In this document: positions 1-12,880 of the stretch, one piece after another
Numbering within the stretch: the stretch's first letter is position 1
Layout of the letters: each line of letters opens with the position of its first letter
Assembly: GCF_009914755.1 (NCBI RefSeq)
Contig: NC_060945.1
Strand: one strand, 5' to 3'
Source of the DNA: the human T2T-CHM13v2.0 reference genome, Homo sapiens
Length of the DNA: 64,000 nt
Made by a program: the position numbers and the translations under genes
Notes under the pieces: generated by a model
The model's input: only the letters and a program-made list of their open reading frames with translations
Databases searched by the model: none
Told to the model about the DNA's origin: nothing

Positions 1-132
1 GAGAAAAACTGAAGCAGAAACAGCAAGAAATACAGGTATTTTGACAAAAGGATTTTCTCATCCCAGTGCTTTCTTACTGCCTGAAATTCTAGTAGTTAAC
101 AATTCTTCAAGAGTCAGATACTTGTCACAGTG

Positions 133-513
133 TGATATGGTTTGGGTCTGTGTCCCCACCCAAATCTTACCTTGAATTATAATCTGAATTGTAATTCCCA
201 CATGTTGAAGGAGGGAGCTAGTGGGAGATGATTGGATTATGGGGGCGGTTTCCACCATGCTGTACTCATGATAGTGAGTGAGTTCTCATGAGATCTGACG
301 GTTTTATAAGTGGCAGTTTCCCCTGCGTGCTCCTCTCTTTCCTGCCACCGTGTAATACATACCTTGCTTCCCCTTCCCCTTCTGCCATGATTGTAAGTTT
401 CCTGAGGCCTTTCCAGCCATGAGGAACTGTGAGTCAATTCAACCTCTTTTGTTTATAAATTACTCAGTCTCAGGTAGTATCTTTGTAGCACTGTGAGAAC
501 GGACTAATATACA
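133..513 (+). mobile_element. THE1D-like MaLR solo LTR
   Basis: Starts TGATATGGTTTGG..TGTGTCCCCACCCAAATCT, ends GGACTAATATACA; THE1 body (GAGATCTGACGGTTTTATAAG, CATGATTGTAAGTTTCCTGAGGCC). Confidence 0.9.
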
Positions 514-1004
514 ATGACTCAGAAAGAAAAAGACATCTTTTGACTTTGGAGGGATATATTTTTAGGGTGAGATGATATAAATGGGGATCTCACGGTACCA
601 GGATAGTTGACCTCAGTTGACCAAAGAGCCTAAGCTGAAAAACAAAAATAGTAGCTTATTTTTAAAAATAGCTAATGCTATAGAGGAAAGCAGTAAGTAA
701 CTTGGAGAAAAGGCAGAGAAAGCACAAACACGGTCAACATCTGGAGAAGCTTGAACCTCATATGGCAGATCATAATTGTAACACAATTGCTTATTTTATA
801 CCCTGAAAATTTTCAGTTCTAAATGAAATCTTGCTGGGTAAGAATATTTTTCAATGACTATTTTAAAGAAAAGCAATTCTGCCAGTTTTGTGGTATATGG
901 TTATTAAAGAGTTAAAGAGCAACAGTTAAGTCATATTGTTAATACTGTGGCATAGAAAATAATCTAATCATGTCCTTTGCCCATTTCTAAATTGGATTAA
1001 TTTT

Positions 1005-1205
1005 ACTAATATATTTTATTTAACCCAATATATATAAATGTTTCATCATGTAATCAACATAAAATGTTAATGAGATTTTTACCTTTTTATTCATAAAGTC
1101 TTCAAAATTCAGGATGTATTTTATATTCGGAATGAAACTCAGTTTAAAGTGGTCACATTTCAAGTGCTCAAAACACAGATGTAGCTGTCATATTGAACAG
1201 CACAC
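1005..1205. mobile_element. MER33/MER3-like hAT-Charlie MITE fragment
   Basis: ATATTTTATTTAACCCAATATAT...CACATTTCAAGTGCTCAA...TATTGAACAGCAC resembles the recalled MER33 consensus. Confidence 0.7.
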
Positions 1206-1949
1206 TGCAGATAGTTCTCATTTCTAGCTGGGTGTTTGGCTTTGCAGAAGTCTGAGGTCCGTATGGTTTTTTTTCTCCTTGTAGGTGATTAGCTTTCTGA
1301 TACCTGAACAATTATTTTTCATTCTTACAATTCAAGAACTTAACAAAGATACATATCAAAGAGGTCCATACTTAATTTTCATGTTCATTCACTGTGCCAA
1401 TTGAGTTCTCATTTCAGGACTGTTACTTATTTTGTGATATATCTTTGTAATACTTTTCTTATTCCACTGTTGAGTTATTTTTTCTTCTGAGACATCAGTT
1501 AACATTTGTTGGGCTCTCTATTTTTGTCCTCCATATCTAGTAGTTTCTTTATGATTCTTTAAGCACCTCATGTTATTTGCATTACTGTAATTATCACAAT
1601 CTTTTTCTAAATGTAAGTATATTGATTTTGTTTTCTGCTCTTTTGATCTTATTTAACTTGTGTTTTTAGCTTGCTTAATTTTGATGACATTATTTTGGTT
1701 CTTATTTCCTGTTTCATACTACAGCATTCTTTATATTCTAATCTTTTTGCTCTCATTTTGTCAAATTCAAGTGGCTATTGTAAGCTTGTCCTATTACTCA
1801 AAGCTTTTTTGAAAATGTTCCTTCTTACTGCAGTCGAGTCATATAAATGAATAAACAACAAAAATATACAAGAGAATTTTTTTAAAAAGAAAACTAAAGA
1901 AAATGTTCCTTCTGTTTCTTGTTTGCTTTAGTTTTTTTTCCCTTAAGAT

Positions 1950-2330
1950 TAGGTTGTTTATTTGGTATCTAGCTAATGTTGGTCTTGTAAAATAAAGTGG
2001 GAAGTGTTTCCTCCTCTTCTAAGGAAGAGCTTATGTGGAATTTGTGCTATTTCTTTTTTAAATGTTTGGTAGAACTGATTGGTGAAATAATTTGTCCAAG
2101 AGATACCTTTTTCAGATGTTTAAACTATCAATTCAATTTCTTTAATAGTTTTAGGACTATCCAGGTTATCTATTTCATCTTAGGTAAGCTTTGGTATTTA
2201 TTGATTTTGGAGAAATTGGTCCATTTTATCTCAGTTGTCAAATGTATGTGTATAGAATTACTTGTAGCCATTATATATTATCTTTTTTTCACATCCATGG
2301 GGTTTGTAGTCATATATTCTCTTTCACTCC
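1950..2330 (-). mobile_element. Old L1M ORF2 fragment (antisense); more degraded L1-like sequence at about 1220-1800
   Basis: GGGAAGTGTTTCCTCCTCTTCT..AATGTTTGGTAGAA is typical antisense L1 ORF2; boundaries approximate. Confidence 0.7.
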
Positions 2331-2375
2331 TGATCTTGCCAAGTCAGTTCCAAATAATAGAAATTTTCAGTTGAT

Positions 2376-2439
2376 AGAATTCCAAGAAAATTAGATTTTA
2401 TCTCAAAGAATTCCAAGAAAATTAGATTTTATCTCAAAG
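2376..2439. repeat. 31-bp perfect tandem duplication
   Basis: AGAATTCCAAGAAAATTAGATTTTATCTCAA at 2376-2406 and 2407-2437. Confidence 0.95.
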
Positions 2440-2474
2440 TAAAACAAAATAAGACCTCTAGATCTTGAAATCGA

Positions 2475-3698
2475 TGTATCTCAAGTTAATATGTTCAAAA
2501 TGAATTTCATCATCTGTTTTCCAATTCCTTTTCCTGTTACATACCTTTCTTTTTCAAATGTCACTTATCCAAGACAAAAACTGGGGTACTTCACTATCCC
2601 CTTTCCCTAATCCCCCAACTGGTGTGTTAGTTTTGAAAGTTTGCCTTTTTAATATCTCTAGGAGGCATTCCATTTTCTCTAGCCTATCTGCACTGCACTT
2701 GTTCAGATTCCCTTTACTTCTTTCCAGGATTATTTCAGAAGCCTCTAAATGATTTTTCCGCCTTTGGCTTTAGCTTCCTTCTAAACTATTCTCTATGTTG
2801 TAGCCAAGCCATATTTTTAAAGTATGATTCTAGGAATATTATCTACCCCTCACTATCATGGAAATCCTTTAGAGTTTGCCTTAGTCTTTCAGGCTGCTAT
2901 AACAAAAATCCATAAACTTAGGTGGCTTATAAACAATAAACATTTGTTTCACACAGTTCTGGAGCCTGAGAAGTCCACGATCAAGATGCCAATACATTCA
3001 GTGTCTGGGGAGGGTCTATTTCTGGTTCATAGAAGACGTCCTCTAGCTGTGTCCTCACATGGTGGAAGGCTCAAGCTAGCTCTCTGAAGCCTCTTTTACA
3101 AGGGCACTCATCCAATTAATGAAGTCTCTGCCCTCATGACCTAATCACTCCACAAAAGGTCACACTTCCTAATATCATCATGTTGGGGGTTAGGATTTCA
3201 CCATATGAATTTTGGGGGACACAAACAGAACATAGCAGAGGCCCTCTGCAGTGGTTGAGATAGAGAATAAACTCCCAGGCACATTTGCTCTTTCTGTGTT
3301 TTTGTTTGTTTATTTGTTTGTTTGTTTGTGATCAGATCCCTGCCAGTGTCCATTTTCACATGTTGACACTCTCTTGTTTTTGTACTCCAGCCATTGCGTT
3401 TATTTCACCAAGCTTTTATTCATCTCTGTGACTTTACACAAATTGTTCTTTATGCTTGGGGTGCTCTCCCTTGTCACAGCTCCTCTCCTGTCTAAGACAT
3501 GCTTAGAAGATTCAAGAATAAGCTCCTTTGGTGGCCTCCCTGACCTTCCTCATCTCAGTCCCCTGTGTACTCTCAAAATATCCTGTACACGCTGTTTGAC
3601 ACTTACATTTTACTTGTCTAAGCCCGCTTCAGGCAGAGACTGTATCTTTTTCATATTTATCTTGGTACATAGTAAGTACTCAATAATTATTGAGTGAA
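2475..3698 (+). mobile_element. L2 3' region, split by the MLT1A LTR
   Basis: CTCAAGTTAATATGTTCAAAATGAA start; L2 3' terminus ACATAGTAAGTACTCAATAATTATTGAGTGAA. Confidence 0.7.
2877..3237 (-). mobile_element. MLT1A0-like MaLR solo LTR
   Basis: TTAGTC..GGCTGCTATAACAAAA..CACAGTTCTGGAG..TGAATTTTGGGGGACACAAAC..CATAGCA. Confidence 0.85.
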
Positions 3699-3809
3699 GT
3701 TCAAATCTTTTGCATTAAGGGATATGAAATTCCAACTGGAAAAGTTAACAATTGTAATGTGAGAATAATATCTTTAATTAATTTTGTTTGCTTGCATATT
3801 TTCATTTTG

Positions 3810-3975
3810 TCCTTATAGTAACTCTGTGAATTAACAGGAACCCTCAATTGAATAGAGAAACAAAGTGAGGCTTGGGAGGGTTGGTAATTTTCCCAAAGTA
3901 ACTCAGCTAATAAGTGGCAGAACCAGGAGTCTGGTATGTGGTCTTAATTTAAAGCTGTTTTCTTCCCACTCTAAC
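3810..3975 (-). mobile_element. MIR fragment
   Basis: MIR core antisense: GAGGCTTGGGAGGGTTGGTAATTTTCCCAAAGTAACTCAGCTAATAAGTGGCAGAACCAGG. Confidence 0.7.
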
Positions 3976-5679
3976 ATCAAGCCCAGAATAGGAGAATAAA
4001 GGGTAAGAGAACCTGAAGGTGTTTTAAATGTGCTCATACCCCCAGTATTAGGTAAATTACTTTTCAGGGTATAAAGGTCTCCTGGATGTGTTATCAGAGA
4101 CAGTAGGGAACTGCAGAGATGAAAGAAGCTTGGAAATGTGCAAATATTTAAAAAGTATATCTGAGAAATCCTTTTCTCAGAATTTTTTATTAGCTAGATC
4201 GTTGTTGAACATTTGGAATAGAAGATGGCAATCAATCAGGACTGACACACGTTTCCTTCGAATAGATCAGGTAAAGTAAACTCCAATTTTCTTTCTATTC
4301 TAAGTTTCCTAGATTGTATGATCACAATAAAATAGCAGACAAAATGTTCACTTATTTGTTCTGGGACCACCCCTCCCCCCCACCACCAGTTGTCATCATT
4401 GGGCCAAAATCCACACAGAATAAGATAAAGTAATCAGCAAATTCAAATGAATTAGCAAGGACCAGTCTCAAGACTGTCTACAAAAAGAATGATCAGATCT
4501 TAACTCTAAGTCCTCAAAGGCTTCATCTTCCATGACCCAAGTGGGTGGTCTCCATCTCTATTATCATTGTATGGTATCTACTGCATCCTATAATGTACTT
4601 ATCCTTTCATGCACCCTAAACATTTCTACAATATCCTAGCAGAGTGAAGAGGCATATTGCCTAGAAACATGGGAGTTTTCAAAGGGATAAGGATTTCTTC
4701 ATTGTCATGACCTTTTGTACATGATGTACATGATTTGGTGGTGTGTCCCACTATCTGGGCCTTGTGGTTTCCTTACAGACAGTTTCTGCTGTTGTTTTTG
4801 TGGTTGGTTCCTCCTTCAGCCTTCTTATCCGTTAGATATCTGTGCAGTTCTTCATTTTTCTTCATAAAAGTAACAATAAACAGCACAAATGAACCCCTGG
4901 CAACCTTTATTATTGTATTATACATGAATAAAGCCTATTTTAATAATCTTATGAGCGAGATAAAAGCATGTGGGATGGCTACCTCTGATGTTCCAGATGA
5001 TTTTTTAAGTAGTTGGACAGTCACACAAAAAGGGTATAAACCAAGGGAGGTCAACCTTAAAAGAAGTTTCTTTGTTCTTTGACTTCTGTGAAAATGTTAT
5101 CGGAGACTTGAATATAAGCATAAAAGCCACATTTATCAAATTTAAAAATTTATAATGCAAAAAGCTGCCAGCTTAGCGAAAAGAACTCTTTTTTTTTTCT
5201 TTTTTTGCTGCTAGTTGAAGATGAAAATTCTAAGTAATCTCACCAGGTTGGACAACTGGCTATGAAATGGCATGAAATATGTAAGTTACTATTGTCAGCT
5301 TTAAAAGAGCAAATCTGCAATGATAAGATATAAGATCTGAAAATCTTTGTGGCAGCAGCTTTTGTAAAAACGAAAATAAGACATAAACAAATAAATTAAT
5401 TACAAATTTGCTGTGAGACCAAAATACCACACAGCCCCCAAAAGCTGAGATAGTCACTGCAGATATTGAAGATCTGCATTCTAAACCACATGTTTTATCC
5501 CCAATGTTCAGCTCAATGTATTGTGCTTGGTAGATTCTTAATTATTATTTGTTCAGTAACAAATATAATGATCAGGTCTTTGCAGGAGTATTAAATTAAA
5601 ATTTGTCTGTTACACTTTAATGGTCAGTTGTTAACCTGGAGTGCACACAAATAATGATAGATCAGCAAGGAGGGTCTAA

Positions 5680-6350
5680 AAACCACATACTAGGAAGTCC
5701 AATGGAAGAATTAGGCGTGTACAGAAGAGAAGGTTAATTTATTAAGAGACCGGCTATTTTATTATAGATTGTCTTATTCTGTCCCAAGGGAAGTATTCTA
5801 ATTGATGTTATAGGGAGGCAGGTTTAAACTCAGTATTAAGAAGAGCTTTCTATAATTAATAAAAGACAATGATATGGACTTGTATTAGTTTGTTGTCACA
5901 CAGCTATAAAGAGCTACCCGAGACTGGGTAATTTATAAAGAAAGGAGTTTTAATTGACTTACAGTTCCACATAGCTGGGGAGGCCTCAGGAAACTTATAA
6001 TCATGGCAGAAGGTAAAGGAGAAGCAAGCACCTCCTTCACAAGGCAGCAGGAGAGAGAGAGAACAAGGTGGGAAGTGCCACACTTTAAACCATCAGATCT
6101 CGTGAGAACTCACTGTCATGAAAATAGCAGAGGGAAACCCGCCCCCATGATCCAAACACTTCTCACCAGGTTCCTCCCCTGACATGTAGGGATTATAATT
6201 TCAGATGAGATTTGGGGACGGGAGCACAGAGCCAAACCATATCAGGACTATTGCATGACCATCTATTAGGCACGTTGTAGGGAAAATTTCTATCTATATA
6301 TTTGGTGTAGTGATTTAGCTTGGATTGTCTTTCCAACTCAAAGACTACAT
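5680..6350 (+). mobile_element. L3/CR1 3' fragment interrupted by a MaLR LTR
   Basis: TTATAGGGAGGCAGGTTTAAACTCAGTATTAAGAAGAGCTTTCTA resembles L3; resumes after 6249 and ends near TTTCCAACTCAAAGACT. Confidence 0.6.
5881..6244 (-). mobile_element. THE1D/MSTA-like MaLR solo LTR
   Basis: TGTATTAG...AAACCATATCA termini with perfect 5-bp TSD GGACT (5876-5880 and 6245-6249). Confidence 0.92.
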
Positions 6351-7111
6351 TGGGTAGTAAGAGCTAGTCTAATTTTTTAAAAAAATAATAAATATCTGGG
6401 CTATATGCACTTTTTTCATTATCAACAAAACTACTAAAATATCTTTTCACAGATTAAGCCTAACAATGGGGTTTCTAATTCTTTCTTACTATATTACAGT
6501 TTTGTTTTTTACAGTTTGTTAGAGATCACTAGACAGTTACTAATATCCATTATTTTGTCAACATGTAGCTATCTCTGTTGGTTTTTAAAATGCTTGAATA
6601 TTTTCTGAATTTAAGAAGTGATTTTACAGTATTTGCTGTATTTACAGTATTTGCTGATTCAGATCATTATGATTATTTATAAAGCCAATCATATGTTTCT
6701 GTTTCTGTGTATTTTACAATTTTTTTCAATATGTAAGTGAGGACTGAGAATTAAGAAGTTTTTTGGAAAATGCTAGTTTTTATTAGATGGTGCCCAGAAT
6801 ATCTCAATAATGAAAAGTTGAGTATGTTGGAGTTAAACCAATTGCCTGCCCTCAATGCAGTGCTTATTTCAGTTTGCTGACAGCACTAGTCAGCAGTTTG
6901 CTGTTCTGAGTGTTTACTACCACATCCCTGACATATTCTACCCTGGAATCCCAGGACTCTGTGTTTTCTGGTTACGCTCGGCCTCTCTGGCTTCTTCACA
7001 GCTGCCGCTCCCTCATTCTCATCTTAACTGTGGCCACACCCAAAGGAAGGATTTGTAATTCTCTTCTTTGCAATTTTCTGCTTAGAGGTCTCCTCTGCTT
7101 CCATGCCTTAA

Positions 7112-8276
<1,165 letters not shown>

Positions 8277-8319
8277 ATATCACAGTTCCTCTCCTCCCTG
8301 CTTAGGGAGACAGTGTCCC

Positions 8320-8490
8320 ATAATTGTTAAGAGCACACCCTCTGACTCAAGCCATCTAGGTTCAAATCCTAGCCCTTCCCTTCTCCAGTTGCCGAACTCG
8401 AACAAGTATTGTAGCCTCTTCAAGCCCCATTTTTCATATCTGTAAAGCGGAGATCGTAACAAACTGTACATGTCGATGATGTCCACAGAG
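8320..8490 (+). mobile_element. MIR fragment
   Basis: GTTAAGAGCAC..GGTTCAAATCCTAGC..TTTTTCATATCTGTAAAGCGGAGAT. Confidence 0.7.
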
Positions 8491-8680
8491 TTGGATCAAG
8501 GGTTACGAATCTGACAGCCCAAACCTCCAGACTGGCTGTGCTATTATTTCAGTTATTCTGACATGGCTCTGATGCAATGTGGACGTCAACAAAGCATTAA
8601 AAGTGAGAGACAGATTAGTAAGCAACTCCCTAAGGGTGGATTTTTAAATATGCACTAAAATTGTGGAGAAGTTAATATAC

Positions 8681-9489
8681 TATATTAGTTCACTAGGGCT
8701 GCCATAAAAAAGTGCCAGAAGGACGCTAGGTGACTCAGAAAACAAAAATTTGTTTTCTCACAGTTCTGGAAGCTGTGAATCTAAGATCAATGTGTCAGCA
8801 GGTTGACTTCTGAGGCCCCTCTCCCTGGCTTGTAGATCTGTGACTTCAGATTGTCTTCCTTCTGTGTGTCTGTGTCCTAATCTTATAAGGACACCAGTCA
8901 GATTACATTAGGACCCATGCCAATAACCTCATTTTACCTTAATTACCTCTTTAAAGCCTTTATGTCTGTTAAAGCAAACTATAGCCTGAGAAGGACTCCC
9001 TACTTCTATATTTGAGTCCTTGCGGATGAACCGTAACCTAACTTAATAGGCAGATAAAATTGAAAACCTAACTTAGTAGTATGCACCTGTAACAATAGCT
9101 AAATCCTAGCCAATCCCAGCAGCCATATTTCAACCATTCATACACTGCTTAGTGCTCAAACTGTGTTCAAATAAGGCAAACGCCAACCTCTAACCAATCC
9201 AGCCGTTCTGTACCTCACTTCCAATTTCTGAACGTCATTTCTCTTTTTTTTTTTGGTCTATAAATCTTCCACCACATGGCTGCGCTGGAGTCTTTGTGAA
9301 TCTGCTGTGATTCTGGGGGCTGTCTGATTTGTGAAACGTTCATTGCTCAATTAAACTCCTTTAAATTTAAACCGACTGAAGTTTTTCTTTTATCATGTCC
9401 CAAAACAGGAACATTCTGAGGTACTAGAGGTTTGGAGTTCAACATATACATTTGGCGGAGGTTGCAGGAAGACAATTCAGCCCATAGCA
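8681..9489 (-). mobile_element. MLT1B-like MaLR LTR split by MER57
   Basis: TATATTAGTT..GGGCTGCCATAA..CTTATAAGGACACCAGTCA..CAATTCAGCCCATAGCA; near-TSD TATAC/TGTAC. Confidence 0.85.
8967..9395 (+). mobile_element. MER57A-like ERV1 solo LTR
   Basis: TGTTAAAGCAAACTA..GCCTGAGAAGGACTCC..GAAGTTTTTCTTTTATCA; 4-bp TSD TGTC (8963-8966 and 9396-9399). Confidence 0.88.
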
Positions 9490-9818
9490 TGTACCTACCT
9501 AAGGTCTTAACTGGTAAACAAACAAACAAAAAACCAACCTAGTTATAGTTTTAAATTTGTTTCTATTTTATTTCCCATGAGGTAATCTAAAAGAACCTGG
9601 GGAATCCAGGTGCTTTTCAAAGCAGTACTTGTATGGTGTTTCATCATTACCTCTCAGCGGGAGGGAAATGAAACTCAGACGGGCCCATTTGGTTTCTATG
9701 ATACCAGCTTTCCTCACCTTTCTTGGGGAGAGTGATTTTGAAACTATGGGCTACAAAAGACTTTTGGATTATGTGTGAGCTATGCTCTCTCTCTGGGACT
9801 CCTACTATGCTTTGTGAT

Positions 9819-11238
9819 TGTGAAAATAAGTGATTCAAAATCTAAGCTGTTGGAACTCTAAATTATTTTGAGCCATAAGGAAATGTGAATTATGGGGCCT
9901 GAGTCACAAGACAGGCAGCTGTAAACTAGGCAGCTGTGAACTTTTTGTAATATTTTTGATTGTCTGAATTGTCTTTTCCCTTACCTACATTATTTTGTAA
10001 AATGTTGTGAATGGTTGTAGGACGTGCGACAGGTGTAGCTCACCTGCTTGGTCGCCCCAAAGCTCAAAGGAGGAGCATGCAGACAGGCAGGTGCAGAGGC
10101 CAGTACAAGCACTTTTGGGCTCCTGTCCCACGGCAGAGTCTAGGGGTGGGTCTCTGTGTCACTCGAAGCCCATGTAGGCATGTATTACAAAGCTCTTTCA
10201 GATTTGTTGTCTGCAGACGGCTTGTGTGTTAATCAGCTTAACGGACCCTCTGCCTTATTGTGAGGGCAGGGGGCCAGCGTGACAACTTTCTTTATCCCAA
10301 GCTCTTGTCCAGTGTCCTGAAAGAATCAGATCACACATGGGCTTGAAGGATGAGTGCAAGGTTTCATTGAGTGGTGGAGGTGGCTCTCAGTGAGATGGAT
10401 GGGGAGGCAGAAGTGGGGATGGAGTGGGAAGGTGGTCTTTCCCTGGAGTCGGGCATCCAGCGGCCCAACTCTTCTCCAGCCACCCCTGGCCAAGCTCCCC
10501 TATGAGTCCAGACATCCTTCCTTTTCTCTCTTTCTCTGCTGCATTGTTCCACTGTCACTGGTCTGCTGGTTCACTGGTCCACTGGTCTGCTGGTCTTGAT
10601 GTCCAGCTTCTTGTGTATGTGCCCGCTAAGGTCTTGGGTTTGTATGGGGGCAGGATGGGGGGTGCATGGCAGGCCAAAAGGCAAATTTTGGCCATGAAAA
10701 CAGAAATGCCTGTCCTCCTTTAGGGCTGCCGGTCTTCAGGCTTGAGGGTGGGCCGTTTGTTGGGGAACCGCCCCCTTCTACCCAGTATTTCCCTGTTTCC
10801 TGTCCATATCAGTGAAGGATGCCAGAGGAGACCCCTTCCCTCTTACTATTGACTTTCATTATAGATTAACCTCTTTCTTCTCACACAAAAACTTTATGGC
10901 CATCTCAATGCCTCAAGATGGAATGTTAAGCACACTCTTTTAAAATCAAAAGGAAATGAAAAGGAGCGATAAAGAAAAGAAAACAAGCTGCATGGAAAAG
11001 AAAAGAAAAGAAACTGATTAATTTGTTGTAACTCATAAACTGGCCCTGTATTGAAAATGTTGTAATCTTGTTAAATTTCTTTGCTTTTTCCTATATAAAA
11101 GAGAATTTAGCTTTTAACTTCAGAGCACTACCCCCATTTCTCTGGGACAGAGCATCCAGAAATGGCCATTCCCAGCTTTTTGCTTGAATAAACTCTCTAA
11201 AATTGGAATCTGACCCTTTAGATTATTTCAGGTTGACA
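9819..11238 (+). mobile_element. ERV1 MER4-group LTR (LTR29/LTR48/LTR49-like), split by a second LTR
   Basis: TGTGAAAATAAGTGATTCAAAATCTAAGCTG start, AATAAA near the end, TTTCAGGTTGACA terminus; 4-bp TSD TGAT. Family name uncertain. Confidence 0.75.
10012..10811 (-). mobile_element. LTR1/LTR27/LTR28-group ERV1 solo LTR
   Basis: Reverse complement begins TGATATGGACAGGAAACAGGGAAATACTGGGTAGAAGGGGGCGGTTCCCC; flanked by GTGAA repeats (10007-10011 and 10812-10816). Confidence 0.8.
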
Positions 11239-12734
11239 TGATGAGGAGTTGGCTATAAAGTCACTGCTCTGGCAAAGACTGAATTTCTCTCCTAGTATCA
11301 ATCCAACACCACTGTTGCCCTGATACATACTGCATTACTGTGGAAGGTTTAAAATCAATCTACTTAGTATTTTCCCTTTTGTAGAAGTGGATTTTAATTA
11401 TTTCAAGGATCAGGTTTATGGTGTGGGGTGGGGGCTCCAGGGATGTGGGGAGGGTAGCATCACAAGGAATTTTCCTCCAAAATGAGTGTAAGCTCAAGTC
11501 CTCTCTTGTGTCTGCTTTGCCTTACTTTGCAGGGAAAGAACCCAAGTTGCATGCAACTTCCCATCTAACTTCTCATTCTCTCTTAATTTTCAAACTTGTT
11601 TTCATCCCTATTAATAGCCAGGTCATAGAATCATTTTCAGAAACATTTCAGGTGCTTCAGGATTTTTGAAACCCTTTAGTTCGCATGGTTTGAGTGTGTC
11701 ACAGGTTAGTAAACCCTCAAAGCTATGCTGTCATGGTTATTGTGTGGTTTATGCCGAGAGAAACTGGTCATAGTCTGCCCCAAGTAGCAATTAATGGGGA
11801 CCCTGAGGGGCAGTCGGGAGAAGTGACTAAATCAATCCAGCAAGCTCTAGAGAAGCATTTCCTCTTGAGAAGTTCACTATTTTGTGAAAATCAAACGCAA
11901 CCAAATGCCAGGGGAAAGAACATCTCCCACTGGAGCTTGACAATATTTGTAGAATTAAGTGAAGTTGTGTTTCTGGTGGTTGAAAGTGTCTGTTTGTGAT
12001 CTCATGTATTCTATTTTGCTGAATAGGTACTTAGGATCTGATTTGGGAGGAAATGAAAGCATGACCACTGGCAAGAGTCAGAAAGAGCTACAGGCATTGG
12101 CATTTTCTGTCTATTTCTAAGATCTTTTTGTCAATCCGGTGTTTGGAAACAACTTTCAGTCTACCTGCAGGCATTTTAAATGAGTCCTTTACCTTGTTTC
12201 TCATAGGAAAACTTCATTTAGCTGCATCCACTCCAGGCAAGTTCTTTGTTTTCACTACTTGTCAGTGTTTTTTCTTAATCACTTCCCTCATCTTCCTTCC
12301 TCTCTGAGCCCCTCCTTTTCAACCTCCTCCAGTTCCCTACCCCCAGCCCCTAATGGAGTGTGATGTATTATACTTACGCTTTATGAAATTCTCATTAGGG
12401 AGGATCCTGTCCATTGACAATAATGGTTGACTTGCAGAATTCTCAAATATGAAGTTTCAATGGTTTGTACATCACATGTTGATTTTCTTTCCTTCCACAT
12501 GTGGATAATATCCACACAACAGTATCTCACACCCCTATTCTTTGTGAAAACATTATGTGGAAAAGTCGATGTCTTGGGTGGATCAATTGTCAATAACAAC
12601 AGTGTTTCGGATACATAAGCCCTTCCTGTTGTAGTCACACCTTCTCTCTGACTTTAGGGGCTCCTACAAGGTCCTTGTATTTATTTCAGAATAGGCTAGT
12701 GTAGAGACTTAAGGAAGAGCTCTCGGCATCAGTC

Positions 12735-12880
12735 AGGAATTCATCGGTCAGGCCCTGAGCCCTGCCTCTGCCATGCTGTCATTGACTTTGGCCTTAGGTG
12801 GGTCATTTTGCATCTCTGGGCCCAGTTTCCCCACCCTTAAAAGAAGAAGACTGGCCTGTCAGGAGTTCTAGCATCCTTGT
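12735..12880 (+). mobile_element. MIR/MIR3 fragment
   Basis: CCCTGCCTCTGCCA..GGCCTTAGGTGGGTCATTTTGCATCTCTGGGCCCAGTTTCCCCAC. Confidence 0.6.

Noticed and set aside
1997-2374. Hydrophobic 125-aa ORF resembling a membrane protein
   Set aside because: T-rich antisense L1 ORF2 produces spurious F/L/I-rich translations.
10012-10811. GC-richer stretch as a CpG-island promoter
   Set aside because: Explained by an ERV1 LTR, and CpGs are largely depleted.
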